Shown here piece after piece: positions 36,996-51,317 of a stretch of 64,000 bases of DNA (positions are counted from its first letter, which is position 1; each line of letters opens with the position of its first letter). The position numbers were made by a program, and so were the translations under genes. The stretch spans positions 7,827 through 71,826 of the forward strand of contig CAXHJY010001136.1 in the NCBI GenBank assembly GCA_964016885.1, read 5' to 3'. The stretch is from Eledone cirrhosa. Taxonomy: Eukaryota. The notes beneath the pieces were generated by a model. It was not told the origin of the DNA. It ran no database searches and was given only the letters and a program-made list of their open reading frames with translations.

Positions 36996-39582
36996 CTTTC
37001 TATTTATTTGCCACCAAGGCATCAAAGATAGGGACAAATACAAGGGGGGGGTTTACATACATTTCAAAGGACGTGTAAAAACATATAACAAATAAAATTC
37101 AACAATCGAAGTCCTCAATAGGGAGGGGGCGTTGACGTGGGTCGCACACACTCCCGAAAAAAATGTGCAACCCTCCTCCTCAGGAACACAAAAAGCGGGT
37201 GCTCCCTTCCTCTCTTCTTTCTTCTCCTCTCTCACTTACAGGCTGACATAGAGAGAAGGCCCATTCACTCGGGCCATTCTCGCCACTTTCACCCACCTTT
37301 CATAAAACTTGCTGGAGTAGAGCACCTCTCTCTCCATTCTGATCCTTCTTCTAAAATGGTACTTGAAAAAAAGGACCAGTTGTTGGCCGGAGAGAAAAGT
37401 ATCTGACCTCAGCCCTTTCAACCTCGTCCACCATACAACCTCTTTCGCCATAGTTATCACACAGAGGAAAACCGCCTCTCCTTCGTTTTTGAAGGGGGAG
37501 GCGGTTTGATCGTGACAATGTACTCGGTGGTCAACCGGATTGGGCCCACCCGCGACAGTAGTCGTTCCACATAGCCCCACAGGTCAGCAACGCCCGGGCA
37601 GTGTACGAATGCGTGCGCGACGGTTTCCTCGTCACGCACGCATCTTGGACAGATCTTCTTAGAGGGGTCCCTAGCCGGGCGCCCGTGTCTGTAGAGCTTG
37701 TCTAGAGCTCCTCGGTAGCACTGCCAAGCCAGGGACTTTTGGAAATTGTTCATCGGTCCCGGGCCAAACGTCCTACCGAACAGACTGGCTAGCTCGTCTT
37801 CCTCCATGCCCAGAGCCTCTCCGAGAGCGTCGTTGCACTTGCTGCGCACCAACCCTCTATAGAATGTTGAGGTTGAGTCGCCACTGATTGCCGGATCCGC
37901 TTGCCAGAGGGCTGTGAGCGCCTGGGCACATTCAATGTGCCAGTCGCCCATTTATCTCGGTCTTTGCTTGACCCAGGATTGCAGTTCGGTGAGTGAGACG
38001 AGTCTCGGAAAGGCTCGCCTCACAAAAGGGGCCCACACCGGCTGACCGGTGAGGAATACCTGGAGGTGCCGTAGCCTTAATGTGTGTCTACGCATCGTCA
38101 GCCACGGTATTCCCAGCCCTCCGTTCGAAGGGTGTTGACAGCAGATGGATCTTCTCACCAAAGGGGCCTGCTTCTTCCAAAGGAATCGGAAGAGCGTGCG
38201 CTCGATTTTGGCGAGCGTTTTCGCTGGGCAAGGCACGACGGTCAAGCGGTAGTAGATGACGGACGCTATATCAGTGTCCGCCACCTCCGCTCGACCTTTC
38301 AAGGATAGTTTGCACTCGGCCCACTTCTGGGCGAGTGCAAACACCCTGCCCGTTACCTCGTCCCAGTTTTTCTCTATCTGGAGGTCCGGTCCGAACCAGA
38401 CCCCGAGCAGCTTCACCGGTCCCTCCGTCCAGCGTCCGACGACGCCGTCGGAGGGCATCGATTTGCCGCTCCACGTTCCGAGTTGCAAACCGACGGACTT
38501 GTCCCGGTTCAACTTGGATCCTGTAAACCTTTCGTATTCCTCCAGTAAGGTGCCGATCTGCCCGATTTCCGAGGCGCACGACACCATTACTGTCACGTCA
38601 TCGGCGTAGGCCGACACCGCTTTCCGCAATCCCAGTTCCTTCTCCTGGGGACCAGGCTGCACAATTTACATGGGGGTGTCGGCGGGGTTGTTTGGTGGGG
38701 TGGTGGTTTGGGATGTGGTGGGGACATCACTGTGTGGTGGGGTGGGGATGTTTGGTGGGGAAGGGGTGTCTGGGGTGGTGTTGGGGAAACATTTCAAGAG
38801 AACGCGGTTGCTAGGTCTAGTACAGGGGTTCCCCACGTCCTCGGGAAAGTTCTGTTTGAGCATTGCGTAGGTGTCCCTTGGGACCCTAATCATTTTTAAA
38901 TATGGTTTAGTCGCCGCGTTGGTGAACATTTTCCCTTCAGTTTCCATCGAAGGGTCTTTGTCTATTGTTTGCACAAGTGTTATTTTGTTTGTGTTGATGT
39001 ATGTATACTGTTTTTGTTGTGTTGTGTTTGTTTTTGTTTGTTGTTCTTGTGTGTGTTTGCGTTTTGTAGTATGTGTTATGTTTTCGGGAGGGGTGGGTAT
39101 TTTTGTTTGTGATGTTTGTTCTGTTTGTGCTGGTGGCTGTGTGTTTGTTGTATTTTTGTTGATGTGGTGCCTTCTTTGCTTTCTTTTTACCGGTTGAAAA
39201 GGTTCTCCCTCGTCGTCACTGGGTGACGTTGATAAGGGGTCCTCATCCGTGTTGTTGGGGGAAGAAGCGTCTTTTTTTTTTGGGGGGGGCATTTAAAAAG
39301 GGACAGGAAGCCCTCAGGTGACCACTTCTTGAACAGTGGTAGCATGAAGGCCTCCTGCCCTCAACAGAAATGTTTATGAAGGCGACTCCATCCAGGGACA
39401 CACGCTGCGGTATTCTTGCTATCCGTTCTGGTCTCATTTGGACCAGAACTTCAAGGCTATTGTCGCCGAATACGCCCCCGGTGGATTCGCCTATCGAAAG
39501 GATTGTGTCCTCATCTTCTAAGAATCCCGTTAGCACCCACCAAATGCTCACATTTGGCTTGATGTCCGAGATTCTTATCTTT
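36995..39582 (-). mobile_element. Tx1-like LINE with internal deletion, tailed by (TATC)n
   Basis: ORF1 zinc knuckle CYHCSRSGHLRASC (39243-39551). ORF2 has AYADD, GGLGIP and CPRC..ETVAHAFVHC (37236-38662). The 3' end has AATAAA. Confidence 0.85.
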
Positions 39583-39859
39583 TGAGTTCAAATCTCGCCG
39601 AAGTCAATGTTGCCTTTTATCTTTCTGAGGTCGGTAAAAAAAAATATCAGTCCAGTGCTGAGGTCGATTTTTCCGTTATATCACTTTCTCACCCCCACTC
39701 ACCCCTCTCTCTCTCTTTCTAAAAAGAAGAAGAAGAAAAAGAAGAAATCAGCTGTGTTCAGACCTGAAGAGGGATGGGCTCTGCTAGGTTTATAAAACAA
39801 ATCCACAAGAAACACCGTGTCATTCCAGTGTCCCTACGACTTCACTAGGCATTATGGTG

Positions 39860-39968
<109 letters not shown>

Positions 39969-40199
39969 CTTTCTCAAATATTTTGCCTGGAAGAACAATT
40001 TTCTTTATTTTTGCATTTATGGATGTCTACACAAGAAACCAAAACAGAAAAGTTTTTAAACGTTTCTGTTTTAAGCTAAGAAGAAAGCAATTATTTACGT
40101 TAAAGGTATTTCTTTAAAATATAATATTTGTGATAGTTATCAATACATCAATAGAGGCATGCACTATAACAATGTTGTTTTAAATGTTAAAGTTATATA

Positions 40200-40345
40200 T
40201 AGGGGCGGTGGAAGAATTTCTGAATGGGGAAGGGGCAAATTTGGTCAATTTAGTTATAGTGATTAGTTTAGCTGTTATTATCAAATATCAACCAAGATAT
40301 AAAAACTTCATGTGTGTTTTGGTAGTTTGGAGAGAAAAAATAATT
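40200..40345 (-). mobile_element. Partial copy of the 59009-59218 MITE
   Basis: AGGGGCGGTGGAAGAATT...TTTGGTCAATTTAGTT is the reverse complement of ~59155-59217. Confidence 0.65.
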
Positions 40346-40900
40346 ATATAGCCCCTACCCTGTAAATGTAGATAAAAAGTTTTAGAATTATGTTGAATTA
40401 GAGTGACTACTCATAACATTTCGAATTCTTTTCTTACATAGCACCTAAACCTGGCATGTAAATGACAACTAAACCCAGTGAGATTTTTAAGACCAGAATG
40501 TTCATCCAATTCGCCGCCAGTCGGTTTTGCCATTCGCTATTCTGGGGTCGGTAAAACACAGTAGCAGTTAAGTACTAGGGTTGATATAGTCATCTATAAC
40601 ATTCCTCAAAATTTTTAGGAAATTTGCCTATGTTGGAAATCAATGCATCACAGTTGAGAGGTATGTTTAATTATGTCTGTATGCCTTCTGTGTTCATATC
40701 TTCCGAGATCGAATTTACTTTTCATACTTCAAGGGTCGAAAAAGTAAAAAAAAAATTCAAGTAAACAAGTGTATAATGATCGGGACAATAACACCAACAA
40801 CAACAATAATAATGATGATGGTGGTGGTGATGATGATGATGAGGAGGAGGAGGGGGGGGGGACAGAAGAAGAAGAAGAACAACAACAACAACAACAACAA

Positions 40901-41119
40901 TTCTTTCTAACAAATGGACAAGGCCAGTAACTTTAGGGTAATGTAAACTCGATTAAATTGACCTCAGTACTTTACTGGTACTTATTTTATCAACCCCAGA
41001 AAGATGAAAGGCAAAGCTGACCTCGGTGGGATTTGAATTCAGAAAGTAAAGAGCCGTAACTAACTGCTACAAAGCATCTTGTCCGACTCTCTAATAACTT
41101 CGCCACTCCACTGGTCCCT
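40901..41119 (-). mobile_element. tRNA-derived SINE (longer-tail subfamily)
   Basis: B box, core and TCGATT-containing tail variant. Confidence 0.8.
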
Positions 41120-41329
41120 AACTATAACCAATCCACTGCTCTAACAACAACTTTATACCGCCTATGTAACATATTCAAATTTCACTATAAACGTGCTTAA
41201 TGTTTATTCCTTGATGTCCAATGTCCACCCTTCACTTTGCAGTGTCTATTGTATAATGTCTTCCTTCGCACCCTCACTATGGATCATCAACTTGGATTAT
41301 GGACTGTGGAAAATATTTCAGCATTAGAA

Positions 41330-41825
41330 AAGCCCTGGCGAGGTCAGCATACTATAAGCTTGACAAAATCTAGCATTTCGATCTACCAAATTTCTCTAAG
41401 GTTAGACTATTCCAAGTACAATCAATCCTACTTTATGCTAGTGAAACTTTGACACTTACTATGAAACAACGAAAGCGCCCCGATGGTGCATATATATCTT
41501 TGCTTCATTGGAATCAAAACATAAACTGAAGGCAAACACTCTTAAAGAAATATACCATAGTCTCCCTTATATTTCTGATAGTGTGCAAACGAGTTGGGTA
41601 AGATTTGCAGGTCATTGTCATCGCGTCACAAAAAGAAGCTTTGTCTCCTTTCGTACTTTGGAAACCAGCATCTATCAAAAGCCAAATAGGTCGCAAGCTC
41701 TCCTATTCAGATGTCTAGTCAGAGACTCTGGTATTAATGTTAGGGATCTAAGCAATGCAGTGAGTGACAGACCTACATGGAGATCTGTCGTTGAGTCGAT
41801 TTCAGCTGAGGCTGCAGGATGATGG
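41330..41825 (+). mobile_element. RTE-like LINE 3' end
   Basis: VRFAGHCHR..LVRDSG..DL..A.SDRPTWR..V followed by a GATGAT tail. Confidence 0.7.
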
Positions 41826-42195
41826 ATCATTATATGTTGTTGAATATCTGTTTACTATATGGGGTGATGAGTATTCTGTAGTTTCATTTGCATATTGTTC
41901 AGTCACACTGTATATTGTTCAATGTATATGTGTGTGTATACAGAGAGAGAAAGAATGATGGGATATTGAGAGAAAGGGGGAAATCGAACTGCACAAACGG
42001 TCACAAGAAAACAAAAACACAATGGTTACTGAATCTTGAAAAGAGTATATTTGATTATAGCTGAGGATGACATAAATGGAATATATTCATCTGTGTCTGA
42101 TAAGCAAATCGATCCCAGAGTCGAAGCTGAATATAATTGATTAAGGCTCCTAACTGGTCATTTGTAAAACACGTGTTATACGTGATTAAAAATGG

Positions 42196-42380
42196 TTTCT
42201 TATATAGGCAAAATGCCAGCACTTTGGGGGGGAGGGAAAGTTGATTAAATCGACCCCATCGCGTGACTGGTACTTTATTTTATCGACCCCGTAAGGATGA
42301 ACTCATAATGTAAAGGGAAGTAACTTTATGCCGCGAAGCATGGTGTCCGACGCTCTATTGATACTGCCAATCCACTGCCC
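42196..42380 (-). mobile_element. tRNA-derived SINE with internal deletion
   Basis: Head and core match the other copies. Confidence 0.8.
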
Positions 42381-42429
42381 TACACGTGAGTAATAATAAA
42401 ATATGCTAAACTTAGATATTGAGCTCTCA

Positions 42430-43508
42430 TCTATATATATAAAACTGAGGATGTCTGTGTGTGTGAGTTTGAATCCCTAAAACTCGAGAACCACCCAACC
42501 GACTGTTTTCAAACTTTATACATGTAATACTTATGTTTCAGGGAGTGTTCTGAGCAAAAAGAATTTCAAACTTTCAATGCCCTAGGGACCGCATTAGGTG
42601 ATTTAGCGATCTCTCTCTATAATTCTTAGTCTTTCTCTTTTTAGATAGATACATACATATAACGTCGCGCCCTTATAATATCTGTCTGTATGTCTGGCTG
42701 TCTGCTGCCTCCGGTTATTCTGCCACCCTTGCTCAAGACAAATCTCACACTCATTCCCCAAACAGTAGGTAATTGCACACAACTTCTTCCTCACGTTTTA
42801 AGCCACAGTGTTGCTTACTTACGTACCACCAGACCCTTACTTCTTTGCCAGCCGTGGTTGTGGCAATACTAAGCTTAGCTAAGGCGGTTATATATTTCAC
42901 ACAACACTAAAAATTAAAGCCGGTAAAGAAAAACATCGCTATAATAGCTTCAGTTTTCACAGTGTTGCTTACTTACGTGCTTTTACGAGAACAAAAGTTA
43001 CTCAGGAAGTGTTATGCACATAAAAAATTCAACTTTTTAATCCCCTTTTTGATCCCCTTTTTTCAGCTTTTTAGGGGTATTTTGAGGCGTTACGTCAGAC
43101 CGATTTCCTTGAAATTGTAACTATGTATTAGTCAGTCTCTTCTTCATACTGTGAGCAAAAACAATTCAACTTTTTTATGGCCTAGGGCCTGCATTAGGGG
43201 AAAAACTTCATTTTTTCAGTTTTTTAGGGCTTTTTTAGGCGTTACGTCTAGCCGATTTTCCCGAAATTTCAAAGTATATTATGCACATAAAAAAATTCAT
43301 TTTCTTGATACCCTAGGGCCCACATTAGGTGAAAACCTGCATATTTCCTGCTTCATCGAGGAAAATCTTAAAGATTATCCAGCCATCAGAGTATTCGGTT
43401 TATTTTCTTTACATATTGTCGAGGCATGCAGTTTTTCCACGATTAGGTCTGTTGGCGGCTCGCGTTCCAAAATACCTTATCCTGTGCAACGCCGAGTACC
43501 ACTGCTAG
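42430..43508 (+). mobile_element. Non-autonomous Helitron
   Basis: A|TCTATATATATAAAA ... CAACGCCGAGTACCACTGCTAG|T: TC and CTAG ends, inserted between A and T. Confidence 0.85.
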
Positions 43509-44139
43509 TTCTTAATATAAACACTGTACATATTACGCCAATAACAAACAAATGTCAGTGTTAATACACAATTTTAACATTGAATATTCAATTTATTGGC
43601 TGACACAGAGCACGTGAGCAACTCGTATGGGGTGTTAACTACCAACTGAGAAGTTATTCTTCGTAAGGGAAGCAGGAGCTATCTTCATTTGATGACCAAG
43701 TTCAAATAACAAAAGTAACTTTTGCTTGGCTTGGCTTAGTAGCAAAAATAATGTTTGCTTTGCTTGATAATGAAATTATCCGTATGAATTCCTTCATACT
43801 TCTTATATTACATAGTGATGTAAAAATGTTTTTTTCTCGAGGAAGGCGAGCCACTGTACTTAACTTATTAGCAGGAGTTGATATTTCGACATGATTTTAC
43901 GTGTCGAATTTCGTTTCAGTTTGTAAATTGGTTGCAGGTTATAAGTCCAGCCAGTTTGAATTTCGAAATTAGTTTCTACTGGAATAAGCTTGAAGGCTTA
44001 AAGTTCAATGTTTTTGCATGGAGGCATGTCAAGAAGCTTTCATTCATTTTCAGTCACGTATATGGTTGTAAATAACAGCCCTGGTACATACTTTTGAAAC
44101 AATACTCCATTTTCTAGCTTTCTGTTTTTTTGTCTTTTA

Positions 44140-44490
44140 AAAGCCAAATATATTCTTCCAGTACCGGTCGCTCTCCGACAGGTTTGCGGTCGTTCCCTTG
44201 GCAGTGGAGACCTCTGGTGTCCTTGGCCCTAGGTCTACCTTCCTACTCACCACCATAGGCGCTGAGCTGGCCAGCCGCAGGTGTGAGCCTCGCGAGATGG
44301 AATGGCTTTTCCAACACGTCTCCCTTACGATAATCCGGGGAAGCGCCTTCTCCATTCTGTCCGCCGGGGCTGTGGGGAGGTCAGCACATGGGACCCCATT
44401 TGCTCAATATACAGAGAGATGGGGGATATGACGGTGGGAGTTCGGCTCTTCTGTGTTCGGACACATTGCACCTGTTATGTGGATCATGTG
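44140..44490 (+). mobile_element. CRE-like LINE C-terminus (end of REL domain)
   Basis: VPLAVETSGVLGP..REMEWLFQHVSLTIIRGSAFSIL. Confidence 0.75.
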
Positions 44491-44867
44491 ATACTTTCGG
44501 AAAGGTTTAAGCATCTTTATAGCAGCTGAGATCAGTTTGACAATCGCCACCGATGAATGCGAGAAAGTTATCTAGGAAAGTTAACCAGGGTTATTTTTAA
44601 ATCTCCCCACCGTAGTTAACAAAGAACTTACTAGACCTTCTGAAAGTGATGATACATTGCACTTATTTCTGGACCTAAACAACTAGTGTGTCTACAACAG
44701 CCCCGTTGGGGAATTATTTCTTGTTGGAAATTTATTGTTACATTTATTGTTTTTGTTGATTTCGAACTCCTTTTTACTTGATGAAACCCCACTTTGTGTT
44801 GTAATTCGTCCTTGTATTATCCCCAACGTCTTGGGCCCTTATGACCAATAAACTTCTTACTATTATT

Positions 44868-45088
44868 ATGGTATGACAGACTCGGTAGAGCGTCGGATAA
44901 CATGCGTTGCAACATGTAGTTACGTCCCTTTATGTTCTGAATTCAAATCCCGTCGAGGTTAGCTTTTCCTTTCATCCTTATGGGGTCGATAAAATAAAGC
45001 ACCAGTAACATACTAGGGTCGATTTAATCGATTTTGCCCTCCCCCAAAAATAGTTGGCCTTGTGCTTAAATAAAAATAAACCCATTAT
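44868..45088 (+). mobile_element. tRNA-derived SINE
   Basis: B box, core and tail. Confidence 0.8.
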
Positions 45089-45349
45089 TATGGGAGATGG
45101 AACTTTACTCTAGTGGACAGGGTGACCGTGGCTTTTGTGAGATTTCTCCATGAGTGACCCTTGGAGTCTCCTCACCTTTGGGAAATTTGTTATGTTTGTT
45201 TTCTTAAATGAGTCCCCTTGGAAGATACCTCTTTTAATTTTTACTTCACCCAGAAAGACATTGCTTTAGTATAACTTAGTTTCTCACTCTGGCATACTAT
45301 TCAGCGGAAAATTTGTGATGTTATAACAATACCAAATATCCGCAGACAT

Positions 45350-48068
45350 TCACCAATTCAAGAATGGGACACTATATCATATGCCTTCTTAAAGTCAATC
45401 CAGGCCATAGATATGTTTGCATGATGTTTCTTACAATACCCCAGAACTATCTTATCAATAACCAGGTGATTCTTGATATCCTGGGACCTCTTCCTTTTTT
45501 GTTCCCTAGGTAGTATTCCTTCCTCTGACAAAATGTCTTCCCCACAAATATCTCAGTGAGAACCTTCCATATTATGGATGCTATAGACATGCTATAGGGC
45601 GGTAGTTTCCCACAGTATTAAAAGAGCGTGGCATAGCCAATGGCCAAAAGTTCTTTCAAAACACCCTTCTTAGAATTCTTGCTGTTCCCAGCAAGGCTGT
45701 TTTCTGCAACAATCCTGTCCTGGTGGTAACTCTTTCTACGACAACAATATCAGGCTTTCCTGGGCTACAAAAATAAGGGCCTCAGTTTCAACTTTTAAGT
45801 CACTTTTTCTAGTCCATTCCCAGTTCCCATCTTTGTCAACTGCCTCAGGCATTTCACATACGAATTGACCATACATTTCTTCCTTGCATCTATTCAATGT
45901 GTAATTCTGTCTGTCATGTTTAAATTCTCCCTTTTCCTTTGCTTCATCACTGTTTAGGACCTTTATCTTTCTTACTCCTAACATCAATCGCTCCTTTGAA
46001 TTCTTTACATACCATGCCAGATTATTTTCCTCTGACTTCACATACATTTCACAGTTAATGAGACCTCTTCCTTCTCTTTGTCGTGATAGATACAACCTGT
46101 CCACGTAAAGTTTGGAGTGTAGAGCCCCTAGTAGTGTCATCATTTTCCTGGTCTTTCTATCAAGCTCCTTAAATTCATCACATCTCCACTCTATCATACC
46201 AGCGCTATACCTTAGCACTGCAACAGCCCATGTGTTGATATCCAGTATCATATTCCTACCACTTAACTTCGTCTTTAGCACCAACTTCAGTTCCGTTTAT
46301 ATTCCTTTGATAATAGTTCTTTCATTTCCTTCTCTTTCATTTGGTTTGTTTCCAGGATGCTTAAGTACTTATACCCGTTGTCATCAATTTCCTTCCTAAT
46401 TTGTCCATCTGGTAATACAATTCCTTCCATCTTATTAATTCTATCTCACTTCAGTAGTAGCACCCCACACTTTTTTTATGCCAAATTCCATTCCTATGTT
46501 AGTACTGAATGTATGAACTGGCTGTACAAGGGAATCAATATGTTCACAAGGTTTCCCATAAAATTTTAGGTCATCCATGAACAGCAGGTGGTTCATCTTA
46601 AACTCGGGTCTTCTCCACTCGTAACCAGCCTTTGACCTTCTCAACACCAATGAAAGTGGAACCATACACAGTACTAACAGCAAAGGTGAAAGACTGTCCC
46701 CCTGAAATATTCCTCTCTTGATCTGCACAACCCCCAATGTCTGTTTACATGATGTCAACTCAGTCTTCCAACCGTCCATACTGCTCACCAGAAACTGTCT
46801 AATGTTAGCTACAATACCAAACATTTTCAAACATTCTACTATCCAACTATGTGGCACCATGTCATAAACCTTGCAGTAATCGATCCAAGACATGGCAAGA
46901 TTTGTGTGACCCCTTTTACGGGTGCTTTCTAATTTGGTATCTGTCTACACTGGATAGTTACCATAACATTCGTTATTTCCAATTCTCCCTGTTGATTATT
47001 CTCAATGTCATTTTTTTATGTTAGCCAGCCACTCCACACTCTTATTGTCTGTTTCAAACCTAACTCTTTCGCAATGTAGATATTTGCAGTGCTGATGAGA
47101 TTGTTGGTTTCTGTGATGGTTCTAGTTGGCATCTTGTCAAGGATGTTGTTTACTTTGTTAGTTATTACTTTTAGCTGACATCGGTTTGATTTAAAAAAAT
47201 ATTTTGGGGATTACTGTCTCCTGATTTAGAAGACTCCAATACATTAGCAAACATCCGTCTGTCTTTTTCTTGTATGACGTTTAGTTCCTCAATGTTAATG
47301 TCACCTCCTGCATCATCTCGTATATTCAGTTCCTCTTCTTCCTGTTGGATTCTATCATTTCCCATACTCTCATCTCTATTTGAATCTCCAACATCCTGAG
47401 CTTCTATATCCTCCACACCCTCCTGGCTTATCTTTTCCTTTATCATTTCAATCTCAATCTCAGCTAGCCATCAGTTTTTGCATATTGCCCTTGCCTGATC
47501 ACAAATCCTCTGTTCAGTTAATTCAAAGAGCCCCATCTCTTGCCATACTCGTAAAATCCTTTGTCTATATCCTCTAATTGGCCCACCATTTTCATTTAGA
47601 GGCCTGCTTCTAAAATAACACTCCATAACAGGCTTGTTTACCTCCTTACTCCACTTCACTAGTAGCTCCTGCACCATTCACGTCTTCGTGTAAACAAATG
47701 TTTTAATTCATTTCATTCATTGAGGTTAGTGATTTTAAGGTTCCACTACGACCAGTGTTTTTTATTTATTTTTATTTATTTTTTATTTATTTTCTTTTTA
47801 GACACCATCTCTAGAGAGCGACGTAAATGACGTTAAAGGGCCTCCCAAACCTTAAAATTGAAGTGAGCTATCCTGCACTGGTAACCAATCCAACATTTTG
47901 TACTCTGCTGCTGGAAATTTTACAAATGTTTGGAGGGCCGTTGACTTTTCCTTTGAGTTCCTCCACCCTTTGACGGGTTTTGTTTTTCATCCCGAAGGGT
48001 GTCCAAACATCACCCTCCTCGCCAAGCAAGCTTGGTAGGTTGCCTGTTTAGTTGCTGACGACTCGACC
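45350..48068 (-). mobile_element. Second R4/Dong-like family, decayed and rearranged
   Basis: [62 protein letters not shown] and VDRLYLSR..GRGL. Confidence 0.85.
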
Positions 48069-48148
48069 GATTTAATCGATTCCCCCCCCCCCCCCCCAAT
48101 TACTGGCCTTGTGCCTATATAAGAAACCATTATTATCATTACCGCCAA

Positions 48149-48340
48149 GGGCCCTGAATTGGCAGTATCGGTAGAGGGTCGGACATGCTTTCCAGCATAG
48201 TTATGTCCCTTTACGATCTCAGTTCAAATCCCGCCGAGGTTAACTTTGCCTTTCATCCTTACGGGGTCGATAAAATAACGTACCAGTAATGTACTGGGTA
48301 ATTTCTGGCCTTGTGCCAAAAGTAGAAACAATTATTATTA
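48149..48340 (+). mobile_element. tRNA-derived SINE
   Basis: A/B boxes, core and tail. Confidence 0.85.
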
Positions 48341-48582
48341 CCACCACCAACACCATCACCACCACCACATTTAAGAACCTCCTTTGTTTTAATTTTATTG
48401 CTATCTTTTTTTTAATTGTTGAAACTGTTTACACGCAAAACCCACACACCAACACATACACACATACATACACACACACTATGTTTTCGTCCTGTGCCGT
48501 CATAATGTTTTTCTTGATGTTGACCCTTGTGGTAAATAAAGAAATTATTATCATTATTATCATTATTATTATTATTATTATT

Positions 48583-48880
48583 GAAAGATGGGCGAATGGG
48601 TCTGCTCTGAGTATGCGCCTGTAGATTGGCGGTGAAAAACTCTGAGAGGGCACTTGCCCTAATGGTCAGAGTCACCGTGGCTTTTTGTGGGCTTTCTCCA
48701 CGTGTGACCCTCTAAAGTCCTTTGTTTCATTTTTTTAATTACACCTTTTGTTTTTGTTTGATGTTTTTGTTTTTACACGCAGAAATGTTCATTTGCACCG
48801 TCGTGTGCTGCCCTTAATGTTATGCTTTGTGTCAACCCTTGTCGTTAATAAAAAAAAAACATCATTATTATTATTATCAT
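48583..48880 (+). mobile_element. Tx1-like LINE 3' end
   Basis: NGSALSMRL* parallels NGPSLYVSL* at 37236 and has a CCCTTGT..AATAAA tail. Similar tails lie near 44830 and 48520. Confidence 0.6.
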
Positions 48881-49167
48881 TCAACACAGACAGACGGGAC
48901 TTTTCAAAAATGACATTTGGTTGTTTGCTTACTGAATGTCACACATCGATTGACAGAATAATTATACACACACTAAGCACAAATATAGACACACACACAT
49001 ACACAGGCACACGCATACAAACATGCTAAAAGCGAAAAACAACAACGAATAGAAAAACATACGCATGAGTGCAGTGCAAGCACTCACTCACCTACGCTTT
49101 CTCTTCCTCTCCCCTTCTCCCCCCCCCCTCTCTCACACACACACACACGCATATATTCATTCAGTAA

Positions 49168-49270
49168 ATAATTGTTTCTACTTTTGGCACAAGGCCAGCA
49201 AATACCCAGTGTATTACTGGTACTTTATTTTATCGACCCCGTAAGGATGAAAGGCAAAGTTAACCTCGAC
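49168..49270 (-). mobile_element. 5'-truncated tRNA-derived SINE
   Basis: Core and tail match the other copies. Confidence 0.8.
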
Positions 49271-49452
49271 TGGTAGAGTAAATAATGGAGGTGAGACAAT
49301 AAATGGATAAATCTGTTTTCAAAACTCTGTCTAAAATGTAGAGTAAAATTTTAAAATCTTTAATATACTTTCATAAAAATGTAGCTTTTATATGATGCAA
49401 ATGTACACATTTGTGTAGATGATTTCTTTGTGGTGTATTGTTCGTATTGTTT

Positions 49453-49850
49453 CAGACCTGCCAACCTCTAAAAACCCAAGTGGAGAGTACCATGAAAAAA
49501 AGTGACCCAAAACGGGGAGAAATAAGGCAAAATGGGGAGATTTTACATAATAAAAGCTATACCTATTTTCACAAGAGAAGACATCTCTCACCCACCCCAA
49601 AGTGAGAAGGAGATCTCCCCGTCGGACGGGGAGAGTTTACAGGTTTGAATACAACAAAAATTAATGCCTTCCCAACAAAAAATTAAACCTACATTAAACA
49701 CTTTAAAGGGAAAAACCATTCTACCCATCCCCCAATTAAAACCTTAGTTATATTAACATTACACCAACTAATCCACAAGAGAGTCTTCTCTCACCCACCC
49801 CAAAGTGGATGGGAGATCTCCCCGTCCGACGGGAAGAGTTGACAGGTCTA
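49453..49850. mobile_element. MITE with duplicated right end
   Basis: TIRs AGACCTGCCAAC / GTTGACAGGTCT. The right-end ~60 bp also occurs at 49585-49646. Confidence 0.65.
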
Positions 49851-50689
49851 ATGTTGTTTGTGACTCGCGCACAATATATCCTATAGCACCACGTCACCCT
49901 CTACTAATCACCCTTCCCTCACACACACCTTACACTGTTGTTACAGTTTCATGAGGCTTACCCCTCTCTGAAGCTGAGCGTTCACTTCTTGATAGAGACC
50001 TATGCTTCATATCTATCATATCTACCTTCAACGTTCCAAACGTATGCTGACATTGAACAGTTCACGCGTTGCACGAAACTATGCACATATTTCCATGGTA
50101 TACCATCGTATTATACGGACTGCTTCACGAGTTACGGCGGAAACCATTTCTGACGCACCAACAACACCCACACTGAGCTCTTCGTCGGTCTCTGCGGTGT
50201 CTTAATGACATTGTCCTTAAATCCACATCAATGTGGCACAATATTGATGTAGTGCGTTAACCTCTACAAGACTAAGGCACTCCGCTAGTGTCGCAACCTC
50301 CTCTTTTACTGCCTTTTATCTCTCTGCCTCCACCACCGAATTAGCAGAGTCATTAAGACGGCTGATAGAATGGTTTACAGAATTCGTCCCACCTCATTGC
50401 ACGCTCTGAGTTCAAATCCTGCCAGGGTCAACTTTGCCTTTCAATCTTTCGAGGTCGATAAAAAAAAAGTACCAGTACAGTACTGGGTCGATTCTTCCTC
50501 TATAGAAAAAATCGGCTGTGTTCTGATCTGGAGAGGGTTGGGCTCCGCCACGTTTAAATGTGCCCTGGACACACCGTATGACGGTGCTTCTACGACTCCA
50601 CAAGAATTTATGGGATCTTTATCCTTTATCCTCCACCACTGCCACCAACTACCCGTGACCTCAACCATCTTCCTACTCAACGCTTTTAT

Positions 50690-51140
50690 CCTCTACCGTC
50701 ACCAACTTTATTGCCCGCACACCTCGCATCAACACCATCTACCTTACAAGATACCCAAACCTAACAACCTGACCTTTCCAACGACTCCACCTTTAACTGT
50801 CTCACTGAACTTATTTCTAAATATCTTGACACTCTTCTTACGCCGTTGGTCGCCGACCTCCCCTGCCATAATCCCAATACAAACCACACTTTCCAAACTT
50901 TCGATTCTTTCTCCCTCTTTTCTGACCCTTCATGTCTTCTCGTAACCTTGGACATCACTTCTCTTTATAGTGACATCCTCCACAATGACGGTCTCCACAG
51001 TGGAACACTTTCTGGACATACACCTCATACTCCAGCCTAACATCTCATCTCGGCTTTGCCGAGTTCCTTCACGTTCTAAACTGTTTTCCTTTTCCAAGGA
51101 GTTCTATTAACAGGTCACTGAGGTAGCCATGGGAGCCAGA
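50690..51140 (+). mobile_element. Penelope-like RT fragment
   Basis: PYKIPKPNN (cf. LPKIHKP) and NTNHTFQTFD..LLVTLDITSLYSDILHNDGL, typical of PLE RT motifs. Confidence 0.7.
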
Positions 51141-51264
51141 AACTGCTCGTTGGCCAAATTGAGGGCCAAATGTCGAAAAGTGAACATTTCAGAATGAGGC
51201 TGGAATGTTGAAGAGTTATTAAAGGGGAGATAAGCATCAAGGAGGTATAAAGGATGCATGTTTG

Positions 51265-51317
<53 letters not shown>

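Noticed and set aside
47995-48040. HDV ribozyme on the plus strand (CCTCCTCGC)
   Set aside because: Wrong strand relative to the LINE, and no P1/P2 pairing was found.
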